The notes under the pieces were generated by a model that ran no database searches, was not told where the DNA came from, and was given only the letters and a program-made list of their open reading frames with translations. A DNA stretch of 63,899 bases, counting the filler, from Octopus bimaculoides (lineage: Eukaryota), in assembly GCF_001194135.2 (NCBI RefSeq). It is 6 parts of 5 records of this genome, joined end to end, with 100 filler letters (N's around TTAATTAATTAA, not from the genome) between each part and the next. Parts side by side here need not be neighbours in the genome. Positions count along the whole stretch, not along the records: positions 20,835 to 30,093 come from NC_068981.1; positions 30,194 to 50,151 come from NC_069007.1; 4 more parts are not named here. One strand, 5' to 3'. Below, piece by piece: positions 29,268-42,344 of this stretch. How positions within the stretch are numbered: position 1 is the stretch's first letter; each line of letters opens with the position of its first letter. The translations under genes and the position numbers were made by a program.

Positions 29268-29814
29268 ACAAAGTTATTTTATTCCACACGGGTAGAAATA
29301 TAAGAAAAGTAGAAGTTGAAAATGCACTGAGAATAGTTAAAATATTTTTTATTAATATATTTAAAGCTTTGGTTTCACAGTTTACACTGATTTTCAAAAG
29401 GTTCAGATGGAAAGACGTGACTTATGTCACAGCTGTCTTGTTTCTGACTAGTATTTGGAGCTTGTCCTATTTTTATTGGGAGTTCATGGCTTAAATTTGC
29501 ATATGTTTGAATAGAATTTGATTGGTAGAGGATAGACACATGACTGGTCTTAGAAATTTTTGTAGTATCAAGTGACAATATTTTGCGTCGTAAGCTAAGG
29601 CTATACGGTTGACTGAACATGTCCAAACAATAAATACTCTGAATGTCTTCTGTCAAGTGTTCGTAGAGAATGAACACATGATTAAGTTTATAACCTTTGT
29701 ACGTTTACCGCTACGTTCGTGCGTTAGTGTCACGTGATAGTATATCTTGTGCCTGAAAAAGGGGGCCGACACGGTTGAGTGAACATGATTTGTTATAATC
29801 AAAACACTCCAAAC

Positions 29815-30093
29815 TTAAGACCACGTGGTTCCGGATTCAGTCTGCTATAGCCTTGTGAGTCTAGACGGAAATTGAAAGAAACCCGTCGTATATATATATA
29901 TATATGTATTTGTGTGTCTGTGTTTGTTCCCTCACCATCGTTTGACAACCGACTTGGTATGTTTACGTCCCCGTAACTTACCGGTTCGGCAAATGTACTA
30001 GGCTTACAAAGAATAAGTCCTGGGGTCGATTTGTTCGACTAAAGGCGGTGCTCCAGCATGGCCGCAGTCAAATGACTGGATCAACCAAAAGAA
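29815..30093 (+). mobile_element. SINE family A copy (partial)
   Basis: Matches the family A body and tail (ggggtcgatttgttcgactaaaggcggtgctccagcatggccgcagtcaaatgactg). Confidence 0.8.
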
Positions 30094-30193
30094 NNNNNNN
30101 NNNNNNNNNNNNNNNNNNNNNNNNNNNNNNNNNNNNNTTAATTAATTAANNNNNNNNNNNNNNNNNNNNNNNNNNNNNNNNNNNNNNNNNNNN
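30094..30193. other. Artificial scaffold spacer N44-TTAATTAATTAA-N44
   Basis: Identical 100-bp design. Confidence 0.95.
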
Positions 30194-30254
30194 TATATTT
30201 ATATATATGTAAATCTATGTTGTAGGAAAACAAGATTGGCAAATTTAACTATTT

Positions 30255-30410
30255 CTTTGTAGACTGAAGAAATGATGAACTACCATATCATCACTCGTCC
30301 AATCCCAAAGAAATAAGCATCCAATCTGTTTAACAAATCCTGTAGCTTCAGAGACTTAAAAGAACTGGATAATTTGCATACTGTGTCAAACACCTTATTT
30401 GATATCCTCT
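30255..30410 (-). mobile_element. Decayed LINE RT fragment
   Basis: Minus-strand SNKVFDTV...LLNRLDAYFFGIGRVMIW resembles the SKAFDxV...LLxKLxxYGI RT segment. Confidence 0.4.
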
Positions 30411-31752
30411 CTCACTACAGGTGCAAGGCCTACAATTTTGGAGGAAAGGGTTAGTTGATTACATTGACTCCTGTGTTCATAGGATGGAAGGCAAGAATGA
30501 AGTTGACTTCAGTGGAATTTGAACTCAGAATGTAAAGATGGACAAAATGCCACTAAGCATTTTGTCCAGAGTGGACACGATTCTGCTAGCTCGCTACCTT
30601 CACTTTATATCAGGGGAGGTCAGTTCACACTGTATCAAAATATGATATGTAAACCAATGAAGTAGATGTACAAACATAACAAGTTAACCATTTCTCTGTA
30701 GATAAAAAAAAAAAGAAACTGACAAGCAGTTTTCATCAATTTTTAGCCCTTATGGTGGTCTCATTAGTTGTGTCTACATTACTTGACCAATCCCAGAGAA
30801 ATAAATGTCTAATCTGGTTGTCAAGCCCTAAAGGTAGACTACAAATTCAGTCATGCCTACACAGACTAAAATTATTAAATCCTTTCCAGTGAATATAGAA
30901 ATGTTAATTTAATGAAAGAAATTCAATGAAAAATATTCAGTGAGTGACTAATAGTCTGGTATTAGTCATGTACACCTTCCTGTGTCTTTTAACCTTTATA
31001 TGTTTGTGTATGTGACACGTGAATATGCTAAATGACATGCCATGATTGTAACTCCAGAATGCATTAAATATACTGACACAAAAACAAACTAACTCCTGCC
31101 TTTTGTTATAGAATAAAAAGTTTGAAGAGTGTGTTTGTGCCTGTGTAGGCAGATATAAATGATAAAAACTTTTACAAAATATTTTCATTATTGACTACTT
31201 TCTTTCTTTAATACTTCCAATTGTTACACAATACCAGTTTTACACACAACACAGCCTGAATCTGGAAAACTGAAATAAATAAAAATCTTACAAAGCCTCA
31301 ATGTGGGTTAAATAACAATGTAAGTACATTTTTCTGTGCTACTGGTTTGAAGAAAAAAGAGTGGGAGCCTCCTGATAGGTTGCTTCATAGTGTATTAACT
31401 ACTTCTAAGAGTAAATATACCACACTTACTTCTCTAGTAGCAAAGATAAGCTGTCATGAAGAAGTCATAAATCAGGCTAGCATTGTAGTGGATAACCTAA
31501 TTTGCATATCCATGTTTCTGATGGCTTGTCAGCAATTACAAGACTTTTGTTTTACGCACAGTACAGTGCAAACCAAAATAAATGATATAAATTAAAAATA
31601 TTAGAGTTGATTTGGGGAAGTAACTAATGAAGTCTCTTGGAGGAGCTGTCAGCAAATTGTTGAAGGCACTCTTTTTTGCTACACTACACATTGGTACACA
31701 CACACACACATGTACGCATGTATGTATGTATGGATGGATGGATGGATGGATA

Positions 31753-31809
<57 letters not shown>

Positions 31810-31893
31810 ATGTATATGTGTGTGTGTATATGTATATATATATATATATACACATATGTACATACACACACACACATATATATATATGTATGC

Positions 31894-31924
<31 letters not shown>

Positions 31925-32046
31925 TACACATACACACACACATACAAACACACACACATACAAATGGATGTATGCATATGTGCATGTATGCATTACATAC
32001 ATACAGACACACACACAAATATCTACTCACATATATGCATATATAT

Positions 32047-32115
<69 letters not shown>

Positions 32116-32131
32116 CACATAAACACATGCA

Positions 32132-32164
<33 letters not shown>

Positions 32165-32715
32165 GCTCTTTTGTTTCCCAACCTCATTATTCTTCCATAT
32201 ATCCAGTGAAACTGTGGCCATGAAACGGATACTGGAATATTATATAACTTGGTTAATGCTTTAAATAAACACAAGAAATCTGTTGCCCATTGCCCCAGAG
32301 AGGTTTGGCCTTTTGTTGATAATCCATTGTATTAATACATGCTGTCTACTTTGAGTGTTTATACACAGCATGTGTCAATTGTTATTGTCCTGCAGGGGGC
32401 AGTCTATGCTTGTCCAGTTATTACATTAATGGAGCAATGACCTATTTATTAAATTGTTGTACAAACTGGCTGAGTATTCCATGAACATTTAATGCAGTTC
32501 TGAAGTAGAACCTGTGTGTGTGTGTGCGCGTGTGTGTGTGTGTTTGTGTTTGTGTATATATTTGTGTATGTGTATGCGAATGCACGTGTGTGTGTATATG
32601 TCTGTATGTGTGCATGCATGCAAATATATCTATGTACGTTTATTATATATGCATCTTTATATGTGTGTGCATGTATGCATGCATTCATATGTAAGTATGT
32701 GAGTCTATGTTGTAT

Positions 32716-33105
32716 ACTCTTTTACTCTTTTACTCTTTTACTTGTTTCAGTCTTTTGATTGTGGCCATGCTGGAGCACCGCCTTTAGTCGAGCAAATCGA
32801 CCCCAGGACTTATTCTTTAGAAGCCTAGTACTTATTCTATCGGTCTCTTTTGCCGAACCGCTAAGTTACGGGGACATAAACACACCAGCATCGGTTGTCA
32901 AGCGATGTTGGGGTGGGGGACAAACACATACATATATACGACGGGACTTCTTTCAGTTTCCATCTACCAAATCCACTCACAAGGCTTTGGTCGGCCCGAG
33001 GCTATAGTAGAAGACACTTGCCCAAGGTGCCATGCAGTGGAAATGAACCCAGAACCATGTGTTTGGTAAGCAAGCTACTTACCACACAGCCACTCCTGCG
33101 CCTAT
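32716..33105 (-). mobile_element. Near full-length young SINE family A (tRNA head, CORE/MIR-like ccttgggcaagt block; resembles octopus OR2-type SINEs)
   Basis: Minus strand reads aggcgcaggagtggctgtgtggtaagtagcttgcttacc...gggttcatttccactgcatggcaccttgggcaagtgtcttc, with an (AAAAGAGT)n tail. Copies at 33390-33782, 34365-34530, 37605-37970, 41065-41480, 44745-44945, 47340-47555, 54190-54580, 54652-55117, 57185-57620. Family name from memory. Confidence 0.85.
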
Positions 33106-35055
33106 ATATATGTATATATATGNNNNNNNNNNNNNNNNNNNNNNNNNNNNNNNNNNNNNNNNNNNNNNNNNNNNNNNNNNNNNNNNNNNNNNNNNNNNNN
33201 NNNNNNNNNNNNNNNNNNNNNNNNNNNNNNNNNNNNNNNNNNNNNNNNNNNNNNNNNNNNNNNNNNNNNNNNNNNNNNNNNNNNNNNNNNNNNNNNNNNN
33301 NNNNNNNNNNNNNNNNNNNNNNNNNNNNNNNNNNNNNNNNNNNNNNNNNNNNNNNNNNNNNNNNNNNNNNNNNNNNNNNNNNNNNNNGTATACTCTTTTA
33401 CTCTTTTACTCTTTTACTTGTTTCAGTCTTTTGATTGTGGCCATGCTGGAGCACCGCCTTTAGTCGAGCAAATCGACCCCAGGACTTATTCTTTAGAAGC
33501 CTAGTACTTATTCTATCGGTCTCTTTTGCCGAACCGCTAAGTTACGGGGACATAAACACACCAGCATCGGTTGTCAAGCGATGTTGGGGTGGGGGACAAA
33601 CACATACATATATACGACGGGACTTCTTTCAGTTTCCATCTACCAAATCCACTCACAAGGCTTTGGTCGGCCCGAGGCTATAGTAGAAGACACTTGCCCA
33701 AGGTGCCATGCAGTGGAAATGAACCCAGAACCATGTGTTTGGTAAGCAAGCTACTTACCACACAGCCACTCCTGCGCCTATATATATGTATATATATGTC
33801 CATGTGGTTAGGGTTTTGTGCTCACAGTCGTGAGATTGTGGTTTCAATTCCTAGACCGGGCGATGTGTTGTATTCTTGAGCAAAGCACTTCATGATGATG
33901 ATGATGATGATGTTGATCTGCTACCACAGCAATAACAGCAACAATATCGACAAGAACAACAACAAGAGTTCCTACAACAACAACAACAACAGCAACAGCA
34001 ACAGCTAAGGCAAGAGCTGCAAGAACAAAGGGCTATACTACAACACCAACAAGAACAGAAGTAGGAGAGGCAACCACTGCCACCGCCACCGCAACCATAT
34101 CAACAACAACACATGACTCTTTCCTGACATCAGTCTGCAAAATCTTTCAGAAATGCCAAAATGCCAACCTCTGTTTTAACGTTCTTATCATGAATTTTTA
34201 TCCCAAGCTACTACTACTACTACTACTACTGTGGTGGTGGTGGTGGTGGTGGTAATTGTTTTGATCTCTATAACACCATAGAGGGTTTGAATGTGATGCA
34301 TATTTTCTTGTAAGTTTACAAGCTGGGAGTTAAGTAGGTCACTGTACACACACATACACACATATATACATGATGGGCTTCTTCCAGCTTCCATCTACCA
34401 AATCCACTCACAAAGCTTTGGTCATCCTGAAGCTATAGTAGAAGACACTTGCCCAAGGTGCCATGCAGTGGGACCGAACCCGGAACCATGTGGTTGGTGA
34501 GCAAGCTACTTACCACACAGCCACTCCATATATATATANNNNNNNNNNNNNNNNNNNNNNNNNNNNNNNNNNNNNNNNNNNNNNNNNNNNNNNNNNNNNN
34601 NNNNNNNNNNNNNNNNNNNNNNNNNNNNNNNNNNNNNNNNNNNNNNNNNNNNNNNNNNNNNNNNNNNNNNNNNNNNNNNNNNNNNNNNNNNNNNNNNNNN
34701 NNNNNNNNNNNNNNNNNNNNNNNNNNNNNNNNNNNNNNNNNNNNNNNNNNNNNNNNNNNNNNNNNNNNNNNNNNNNNNNNNNNNNNNNNNNNNNNNNNNN
34801 NNNNNNNNNNNNNNNNNNNNNNNNNNNNNNNNNNNNNNNNNNNNNNNNNNNNNNNNNNNNNNNNNNNNNNNNNNNNNNNNNNNNNATATATATACATATA
34901 CAGACACACACACACACACACACACACTAGCTTCCTGTTTCATTCATGAACGAGTTTTCATTTACACACACACACACATACAGGTTTTGTTTTTTCTAAA
35001 CGCAAGACAGATGAGCTCTCAGAACTAACACCTGTTTAGGATGTGACACATCACC

Positions 35056-35087
<32 letters not shown>

Positions 35088-35618
35088 CACATACACATGC
35101 ACACATACACATGCACACTTGTATATACATACACATACATCAATGCACCGACATACACCAGAGATTTGATATGTCTACAAGACAACTCAAATATTTTCTT
35201 TGTTTCTCTTTGTAATCTACTCCACATGTTCTTGTTCTTCTTAATGATTACAGTTAATGTCGTTGTTGTTGTTGTTGATAACGACAACGACAACAATGAC
35301 AAAGGCGTTGATAATGATGATGATGTTGATGACGATGATGATGATGATTTTAAGATAGTAAATATTGAAGTTGATATCGTTGATCAGTAGAAAACATCAA
35401 CAATAATGATGTTGATGATGATGATGATGATGATGGTGGTGGCGGCAGCGGCGGTGGTGGAGGTGGCAGCGAAGATGATTAGTGGCAATGGTGCTGAGGA
35501 AGACGCCAACAGTAGCCACAATGATGGTGATGATGATGTTGATGATAATGATGATGGGGGTAATGATAATGAGACTTATAATAATGTAAGACTACTCATA
35601 GACGCTTTTATCATCCTA

Positions 35619-35651
<33 letters not shown>

Positions 35652-35982
35652 GAATATACACACACACACACATGCTAAAATATGTACACACATACACACA
35701 CATAATATACATATATACATATATATATATATGTATATATGCACATACACACAAATATATAATATATACATATGCATATGTATGTGTGTGTGTTTGTCTG
35801 CTTATATATATGTGTATGTAAGTAAATGGAAGTGTGTTTGATCTTACAAATGAGAGATCAAAGTACTCCGTGTTTCAAATAATTTGTATTATTATTATCA
35901 TTATTGAAGTTATGACTTCACAGACATTTACTTAAGTTTCATGGAAACACAAAACTTATTTTAATTCTGTAAAGCCTCAGTG

Positions 35983-36025
<43 letters not shown>

Positions 36026-36449
36026 TATTCAAAACTAATAGAATAGTGCTTTCCTTTTACAGCTACTACATGATCCCAAGAAATTGCTCCACCCACCCAA
36101 CAACAATTGTCTTTTGAAAACTCTAAACTATTATGATAAAGTACAGCCATACTTTGATATTACCCTCAGGACTTGACTCAGTACTGTTTTGAAATTTTAT
36201 CAACATATATATACATCTTAATAACCTGACAGAAAATTCTCCACAAGCCTCTCCAAATTTATCTGGTTTATAAGAAAACATGATCTGTAATGTTTAAAAC
36301 TCAATGGTCTTCAGGGTCTTTGGGCTAAATTTGATGATCTTTTCCTACGTTGCCTTTCTTCAAGAACAACTTTATGTATTGGTGAATAATCAACAGCATT
36401 GGAGATCATTAAAATTAAAATTGTAGTTGAGAAAATATTTAACTGACAT

Positions 36450-37060
36450 CTGAATATAGGAAAAAAGTTACCACTATCATGATGAATTGTACCAGGTATC
36501 AAAATGCTGATATCATAGCTGTTACTCAATGCTCTGTGAACACTGTAAAAATTAAGACATGACATGGGCATCTACAATGGAGACTATGGAACTGTGACAA
36601 GCAGGAAGTGACACAGCAGGCATTCTGATTGTGTCCACACACCAGAATTCATCTCTACATCTTTGAATAAGACTTTACACTCAATTCAGACAGCTTTGTG
36701 AAGCTGATGGAGACTGGTCAAATCCTGGCTGGAGAGGATTCTTGTTGTGGCCACAGGATTCGACTCCTTGCCATATCTCTGGAAAAAGAACTAATTGCTG
36801 GAGAATTTCTACAAGTTTGCCAGCCCCAATTACCGGCCTCCTCATTCTCCTCAATTGTAATCCTATTGATTACTATGTATGTGGCATGGTTAAGAAAAAC
36901 AGCAACTGCTCTGCTTGCAGCATGAAGGCTGACCTGTTGGCCAAGATCCAGGAAGTGTTCCCAGGCACACAATAAAGAACGTATGTGCCTGGTTCTGGAG
37001 CCATCTTGGGGCTGTGGTGGAAGCTGAGAGCTACTACTTATAGTAAACTGTCTTCTCCCT
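36450..37060 (+). mobile_element. Degenerate Tc1/mariner-superfamily (DD37D/maT-like) transposase relic
   Basis: LWPQDSTPCH (cf. WQQDSAPCH) and NCNPIDYYVCGMV (cf. SPDCNPLDYYVWG), with frameshifts. Confidence 0.7.
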
Positions 37061-37140
37061 GCCATGATCTAGTTGATATTTTTAATTTTTTTAAATAATT
37101 TAAATTTTGGACAGGATATTCTCTTTTAAGAACTAATGTT

Positions 37141-37416
37141 TGTTGCCACTTCAACATGGCTGTTCCATACGAACCAATGTTACTACTATTTTTTAACCCC
37201 AAGAGGACGCCTTCTCGAGCTGCTTATCAATGCAATCTGCACCTGATATATACATATATATAGTAAACAGGGCAGTGAACCCCTACCATCTTCTAGCTTG
37301 CAATATATATCAGATGCAGATTGCATCGATAACCAGCTAGAGGAGGTGTCCTTTTTGGGGTTAAAAAATGGAAGTAATGTTGGATCACACGGAATAGCCA
37401 TGTGGAAGTGGTGACA
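37141..37416. mobile_element. Palindromic MITE / hairpin with ~110-bp imperfect arms
   Basis: 37141-37252 vs the reverse complement of 37303-37416. Confidence 0.75.
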
Positions 37417-38099
37417 GACATCACTTCTCAGTATAGTTACTGCTTTCATCCATAATAGAGATTGTCTAACAAGCTACTTTCCTCAAATTCTCTTTGCTTT
37501 TCCTTTTATACAAACATTCAAATCTAGACTGAATACCCTGTAATTTCAATCCTATTATTCATAGTCGTTCAGTTCTATATTTAAGAGATGAGGAATTATG
37601 TACATTCTTTTACTCTTTTACTCTTTTACTTGTTTCAGTCATTTGACTGTGGCCATGCTGGAGCACCACCTTTAGCCGAGCAAATCGACTTATTCTATCG
37701 GTCTCTTTTGCCGAACTGCTAAGTTACAGGGACATAAACACACCAGCATCAGTTGTCACGTGATGTTGAGGGACAAACATATACATACACACACACACAT
37801 ATATACGATGGGCTTCTTTCAGTTTCTGTCTACCAAATCCACTCATAAGGCTTTGGCCAGGCTGAGACTATAGCAGAAGACACTTGGCCAAGGTGCCATG
37901 CAGTGGGACTGAACCCAGAACCGCGTGGTTGGGAAGCAAGCTTCTTCCCACACAACCACACTTGTGCCTATCTGAAGAGATAACTTTGAGAAGGTATGTT
38001 TTTTTGGTGTATGAGACCAACAAAGAAAGAAGTAGGCTATGGCAATCCAAAGCAAGTGGGGGAGAGAACCATACCTACTTGGGGAATAACTATAGATTA

Positions 38100-38470
38100 T
38101 TAGGGGGTTGGCGTGAGGGAGATCGGTTCAAACCACTTCATATGACGTCATTGTCAACCTGGAAAGGAAGCGATAATTAATTGATTATTTGATATTTCCA
38201 TCAATCACAGTAATTTCCCTAGTGTGCTACGCAGACGACGTTTTTAAAAACAGTTTACGAAATCTTAAAGTAAAAAAATTTCAAATATTTTATCCCCGCA
38301 AAATATAAAAAAAAGCATAATAAAACAAAAAAAAAATCAATGAAAACTGCACTCACTCACCCCACTCCCTTCCCTTTCTGTTTCTGTCGGTTGGTGACGA
38401 TGAAATTTGGAATTAGGGTCAGAAGGATTTCTTTGAAGCAGAAAGTTTACCGACAGAGGATTGATTAAAA
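38100..38470. promoter_or_regulatory. Candidate unmethylated promoter/first-exon patch with a perfect CRE
   Basis: Non-repeat sequence retaining many CpGs inside a CpG-poor domain; ATGACGTCAT at 38142-38151; strong minus-strand donor GGG|GTGAGT at 38361/38360. Confidence 0.3.
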
Positions 38471-38718
38471 AAACTCTAGGGAAGTCTTCATGGTTAATTT
38501 TCCTTAAGATTATGAAAAAAAAGAAATCAACACACTGTATTTGTTGCTGTTGATGTTGCTGCTGTCAATGTTGTTGTTGTTGTTTGTGTTCTTGTTTATT
38601 TTTATTTAATGTTTGTACTTCTTAATTAGTTCAATGTCGACAACAGCTGTTTTCATATGTGCCCACCCCCCACACGCACACACACACATATATCTATTTA
38701 TCTATCTATCTATCTATT

Positions 38719-38765
<47 letters not shown>

Positions 38766-38799
38766 GAGAAGGGTTTCATTCAACTTGTTGAGCGGTACA

Positions 38800-39400
38800 C
38801 ATCTGAAGAAAGTCGAATGCTTCACTTATCTCAAGAGTGATATCTCATCCACCAAAAAAAAGGTGTACCAATCCGCTTATCAAAGGCATAGAGTGCATTG
38901 GACATATTAAGAATAATTTGGAAGTTTACACTGCTTGACCAGATGAAAAGGCAATTCTACAGTGATAGTAGGATCACTTCTTCTTTACAGCTCATCAGCA
39001 TGGATACTGACAAAAAAGATAGAAAGCCAGCTTGGTGGGACCTATACAGGTATGTTGTGTGTTGTTCCTAAGAAATTATGGAAGAAAATGTCCAAATGAA
39101 AGAGGTGTGTTATGGAAATGTACCCCGAGAGCAGAAGACAAGAAGCTATACCAGTTGCTGCTATTGAAGCAAAGATGAATTTGAGAGTGAGATCTTTTTG
39201 TGGATTCTGAATGAAGGGAATTCTCATGTCAGACGATCCAGAATGACGTGCATTGATCGACTCTTTCATGATATCGAGTTGGAAACAGAAGACCTCGAAA
39301 ATGTCGTGGAAGATGGAAATGTTTGGAGAGAAAAAGGAGAGCTGGTCTAGGCAACTCGCCCAAAGCTTTAGGTATATTTCTGAAGTTAACCTGTTAAACA
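38800..39400 (+). mobile_element. Decayed RTE-like LINE 3' region
   Basis: LKKVECFTYLKSDI..., SALDILRIIWK, ...LWI...SRMTCIDRL, with stops and frameshifts. Confidence 0.55.
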
Positions 39401-39590
39401 TTCAAACAGGTCATATCTGGCCCAAATATTCTACCAGTTTTATGTAGTAAACAGCCTAGATCACATCTCTCACACCTACTCTACAATGTTATTCTAAAAG
39501 TAGACAACCACTTCATTGAAATTCCCAAACTGTCAAATAATACATGATCTCTTCAAAGCAACACGAATGAATAAGCATTACAGTTGACAG
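39400..39590 (+). repeat. Dispersed repeat family (copies at 46655-46800 + and 50640-50830 -)
   Basis: Shared ctcacaccta..ctacaatgttattctaaaa.tagacaa between the 39.5-kb and 46.7-kb copies. Confidence 0.6.
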
Positions 39591-39615
39591 AATAATAATC
39601 ATTAACATCATCACC

Positions 39616-39646
<31 letters not shown>

Positions 39647-39663
39647 ACATCATCACCACCACC

Positions 39664-39697
<34 letters not shown>

Positions 39698-39794
39698 TCA
39701 TCATCACCAGCGTCGTCGTTGTCAGCATCGTTGTCGTTGTCGTCGTTGTTGTCGTCGTCGTCATCATCGTCATCATTACCATCACCATCATCAT

Positions 39795-40230
39795 CATTTA
39801 ACGTCCATTTTCCATGCTGGCATGGGCTGGACAATTTAACTGAAAACTGGTGAGGGTTGCACCAGGTTCCAGTCTGATTTGGCATGGTTTCTACAGCTGG
39901 ATGCCCTTCCCTAATGCCAACCACTCCAAGAGTGTAGTGGGTGCCTTTTATGTGCCACCGGCATGGGTGCCTGTTATGAGACTCCAGCATCACTCCCGAC
40001 TCTGATCTCACTTGGTTTGACAGGTCTTTTCAAGCACAATGTATTGTCACTTGTCACTGCCTCCGTGAGGTACAAAATTCAAAGGGCACATTTTATGCAC
40101 CACCAGCATAGGTGCCAGTTACACGACACTCACATCAGTTATGCCTATGATTTCCCTTGGCTTTGTAGGTCTTTCTCAAATGCTAAAGGATTAAAGATAA
40201 ATGTAATAATTTTTTCTAATTTGTGGCCCA
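39795..40230 (-). mobile_element. SINE/LINE 3' tail ending in ccatgccagcatggaaaatggacgttaaa(tga)n (RTE-type tail)
   Basis: Tail followed by (TGA)n on the minus strand; related tails at 57735-57900(-) and 59560-59700(+). Confidence 0.6.
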
Positions 40231-40268
40231 ATGCCCGTCATTTTCAGGGTTGGGGTAAGTCGATTACA

Positions 40269-40338
40269 TTGACGTCAATACTTGACGTCAATACTTGACG
40301 TCAATACTTGACGTCAATACTTGACGTCAATACTTGAC
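40269..40338. repeat. Tandem array: 5 x 13-bp TTGACGTCAATAC (each unit contains the CRE TGACGTCA)
   Basis: Directly visible; lies inside a SINE family B copy. Confidence 0.9.
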
Positions 40339-40474
40339 TGGTCCTTTTTTTATCGACCCCCAAAAAAGCAAAGTCAACCTCAGCAGGATTTGAACTCAGA
40401 ATGTACACAACTAGAAGAAATGCTGCAAAGTGTTTTGTCTGATGCAGTAACGACTCAACCAGTTCTCTACCTTG

Positions 40475-40511
<37 letters not shown>

Positions 40512-41563
40512 GGATAATGATTTCAAATTTTGGTAGAAGGCCAGCAATTTTGGGGAGGAGATACATTGACCCCAGTATTCAACTGGTACTTATTTTATCG
40601 ATGCCAAGAGCATGAAAGGCCATAAAGACCAGGCACGTGCCATCAGTAATTATTTAGGGCAGGCGGTAGTAAAACACACAAAAAATAAGCAAAACATGGG
40701 TGCACGACCGAGTTGAGGGCAGATTTACTTCTGCCTTTATAGCACATATAGAAAATGGTGTTGTAGGAATGTACACAGCATGTGTAGTACAGCAGTACTA
40801 TACATAGCTCAAATACTGAGATTGAAAAGCAGGGTGAATTATGCCTTCCTAATCTAGAAATAAATAAAATATTTTGCATTTTATGCATAGTAATCAGAGT
40901 TACCTTCATAATTTTATTGAATTAGGTGCATATTTTGCCATAAAAGGAAAATGTTGCTATTGATCTAGGTGGCACTTCCCTGATAAAGACAGATGAAATG
41001 TCATTAAACATTTTGCCTGGCATACTAACAATTCTACCAACTCACTACTCTTTTGATAATAATACTCTTTTACTTGTTTCAGTCATTTGACTGCGGTCAT
41101 GCTGGAGTACCACCTTTATAGTCGAGCAAATCGACCCCAGAGCTTATTCTTTGTAAGCCTAGCACTTATTCCATCAGTCNNNNNNNNNNNNNNNNNNNNN
41201 NNNNNNNNNNNNNNNNNNNNNNNNNNNNNNNNNNNNNNNNNNNNNNNNNNNNNNNNNNNNNNNNNNNNNNNNNNNNNNNNNNNNNNNNNNNNNNNNNNNN
41301 NNNNNNNNNNNNNNNNNNNNNNNNNNNNNNNNNNNNNNNNNNNNNNNNNNNNNNNNNNNNNNNNNNNNNNNNNNNNNNNNNNNNNNNNNNNNNNNNNNNN
41401 NNNNNNNNNNNNNNNNNNNNNNNNNNNNNNNNNNNNNNNNNNNNNNNNNNNNNNNNNNNNNACACAGCCACTCCTGCGCCTAATAATAATAATGATAATA
41501 ATCTTTTCAAATTTGGGCAATTTTAGAAGTGTGTCTCTCTCTCTCTCTATCTCTATCTCTCTC

Positions 41564-41596
<33 letters not shown>

Positions 41597-41927
41597 TTCT
41601 CCATCTTACTTCACATGCACATCGAAAGCAACAGACTGCTATGGCAATCACTATATCTCTGGGATTTTCATGAAACGCTGACAAGTTGTTTAGTTAGTTG
41701 CAGACTAAGTCAAAGTGTACATTATAAGCTTAACTGTCCATGTATAATCTCTATGTATTTGTGTGTGTGTTTGTGTGTGCATGTGTGTGTGCATATAACT
41801 ATTTAAAGATCATGTTGACTGGGACTTCAGGTTCCAGCTGTCAGCATCTCCAGACACAGGTTATACAATCCAGTAAGCAAAACTTGAAGTCCATGTCTAT
41901 TCATGTTCACAATATTTATTATAATTT

Positions 41928-41995
<68 letters not shown>

Positions 41996-42059
41996 GAAGT
42001 ATTTGTGTAAATAATATATGTGTTGTCGTTATTATTATTTCATATTTCATATACACACA

Positions 42060-42270
42060 ACAGATTAAACAGTTGGAAAAGAAAAATTCTTAACATCAGG
42101 CAAACAACAAGTAACCTTAGATGACAAGAAGCTTCCTAAGTATCCTAGCTGTCCCTAATAGCACTGTTTTCTGGGGCTGCACTAAACTAGGTTTTAGACC
42201 TATTTCCTCTATCCATCTGTTCTAACCTTTAGGGATAGTTCCTAATGCACCTATAACTACGGGATTATTA
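42060..42270 (-). mobile_element. Short 3' end of an R4/Dong-like element in (AAT)n
   Basis: IPVVIGALGTIPKRLE...KTVLLGTARILRKLL*. Confidence 0.75.
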
Positions 42271-42344
42271 TTATTATTGTTATTATTATCATCAATGAAT
42301 ATAATTTCTATAGAATATCTGTAGAGATAACCTTAACAAGTAGT

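Noticed and set aside
30600-32330. Isolated good splice sites (30706 acceptor, 31268 acceptor, 31430 donor, 32206 plus-strand acceptor)
   Set aside because: Could not be assembled into a phase-consistent ORF with recognisable similarity; may be real UTR or lncRNA exons but are unsupported.
32716-33797. Tandem duplication of a ~410-bp SINE plus flank
   Set aside because: The two copies appear identical, including flanks, and straddle an N gap; typical of unmerged contig overlap.
36311-36571. VHRAL as a kinase HRDL exon
   Set aside because: It is the antisense strand of the mariner-type relic's 5' region.
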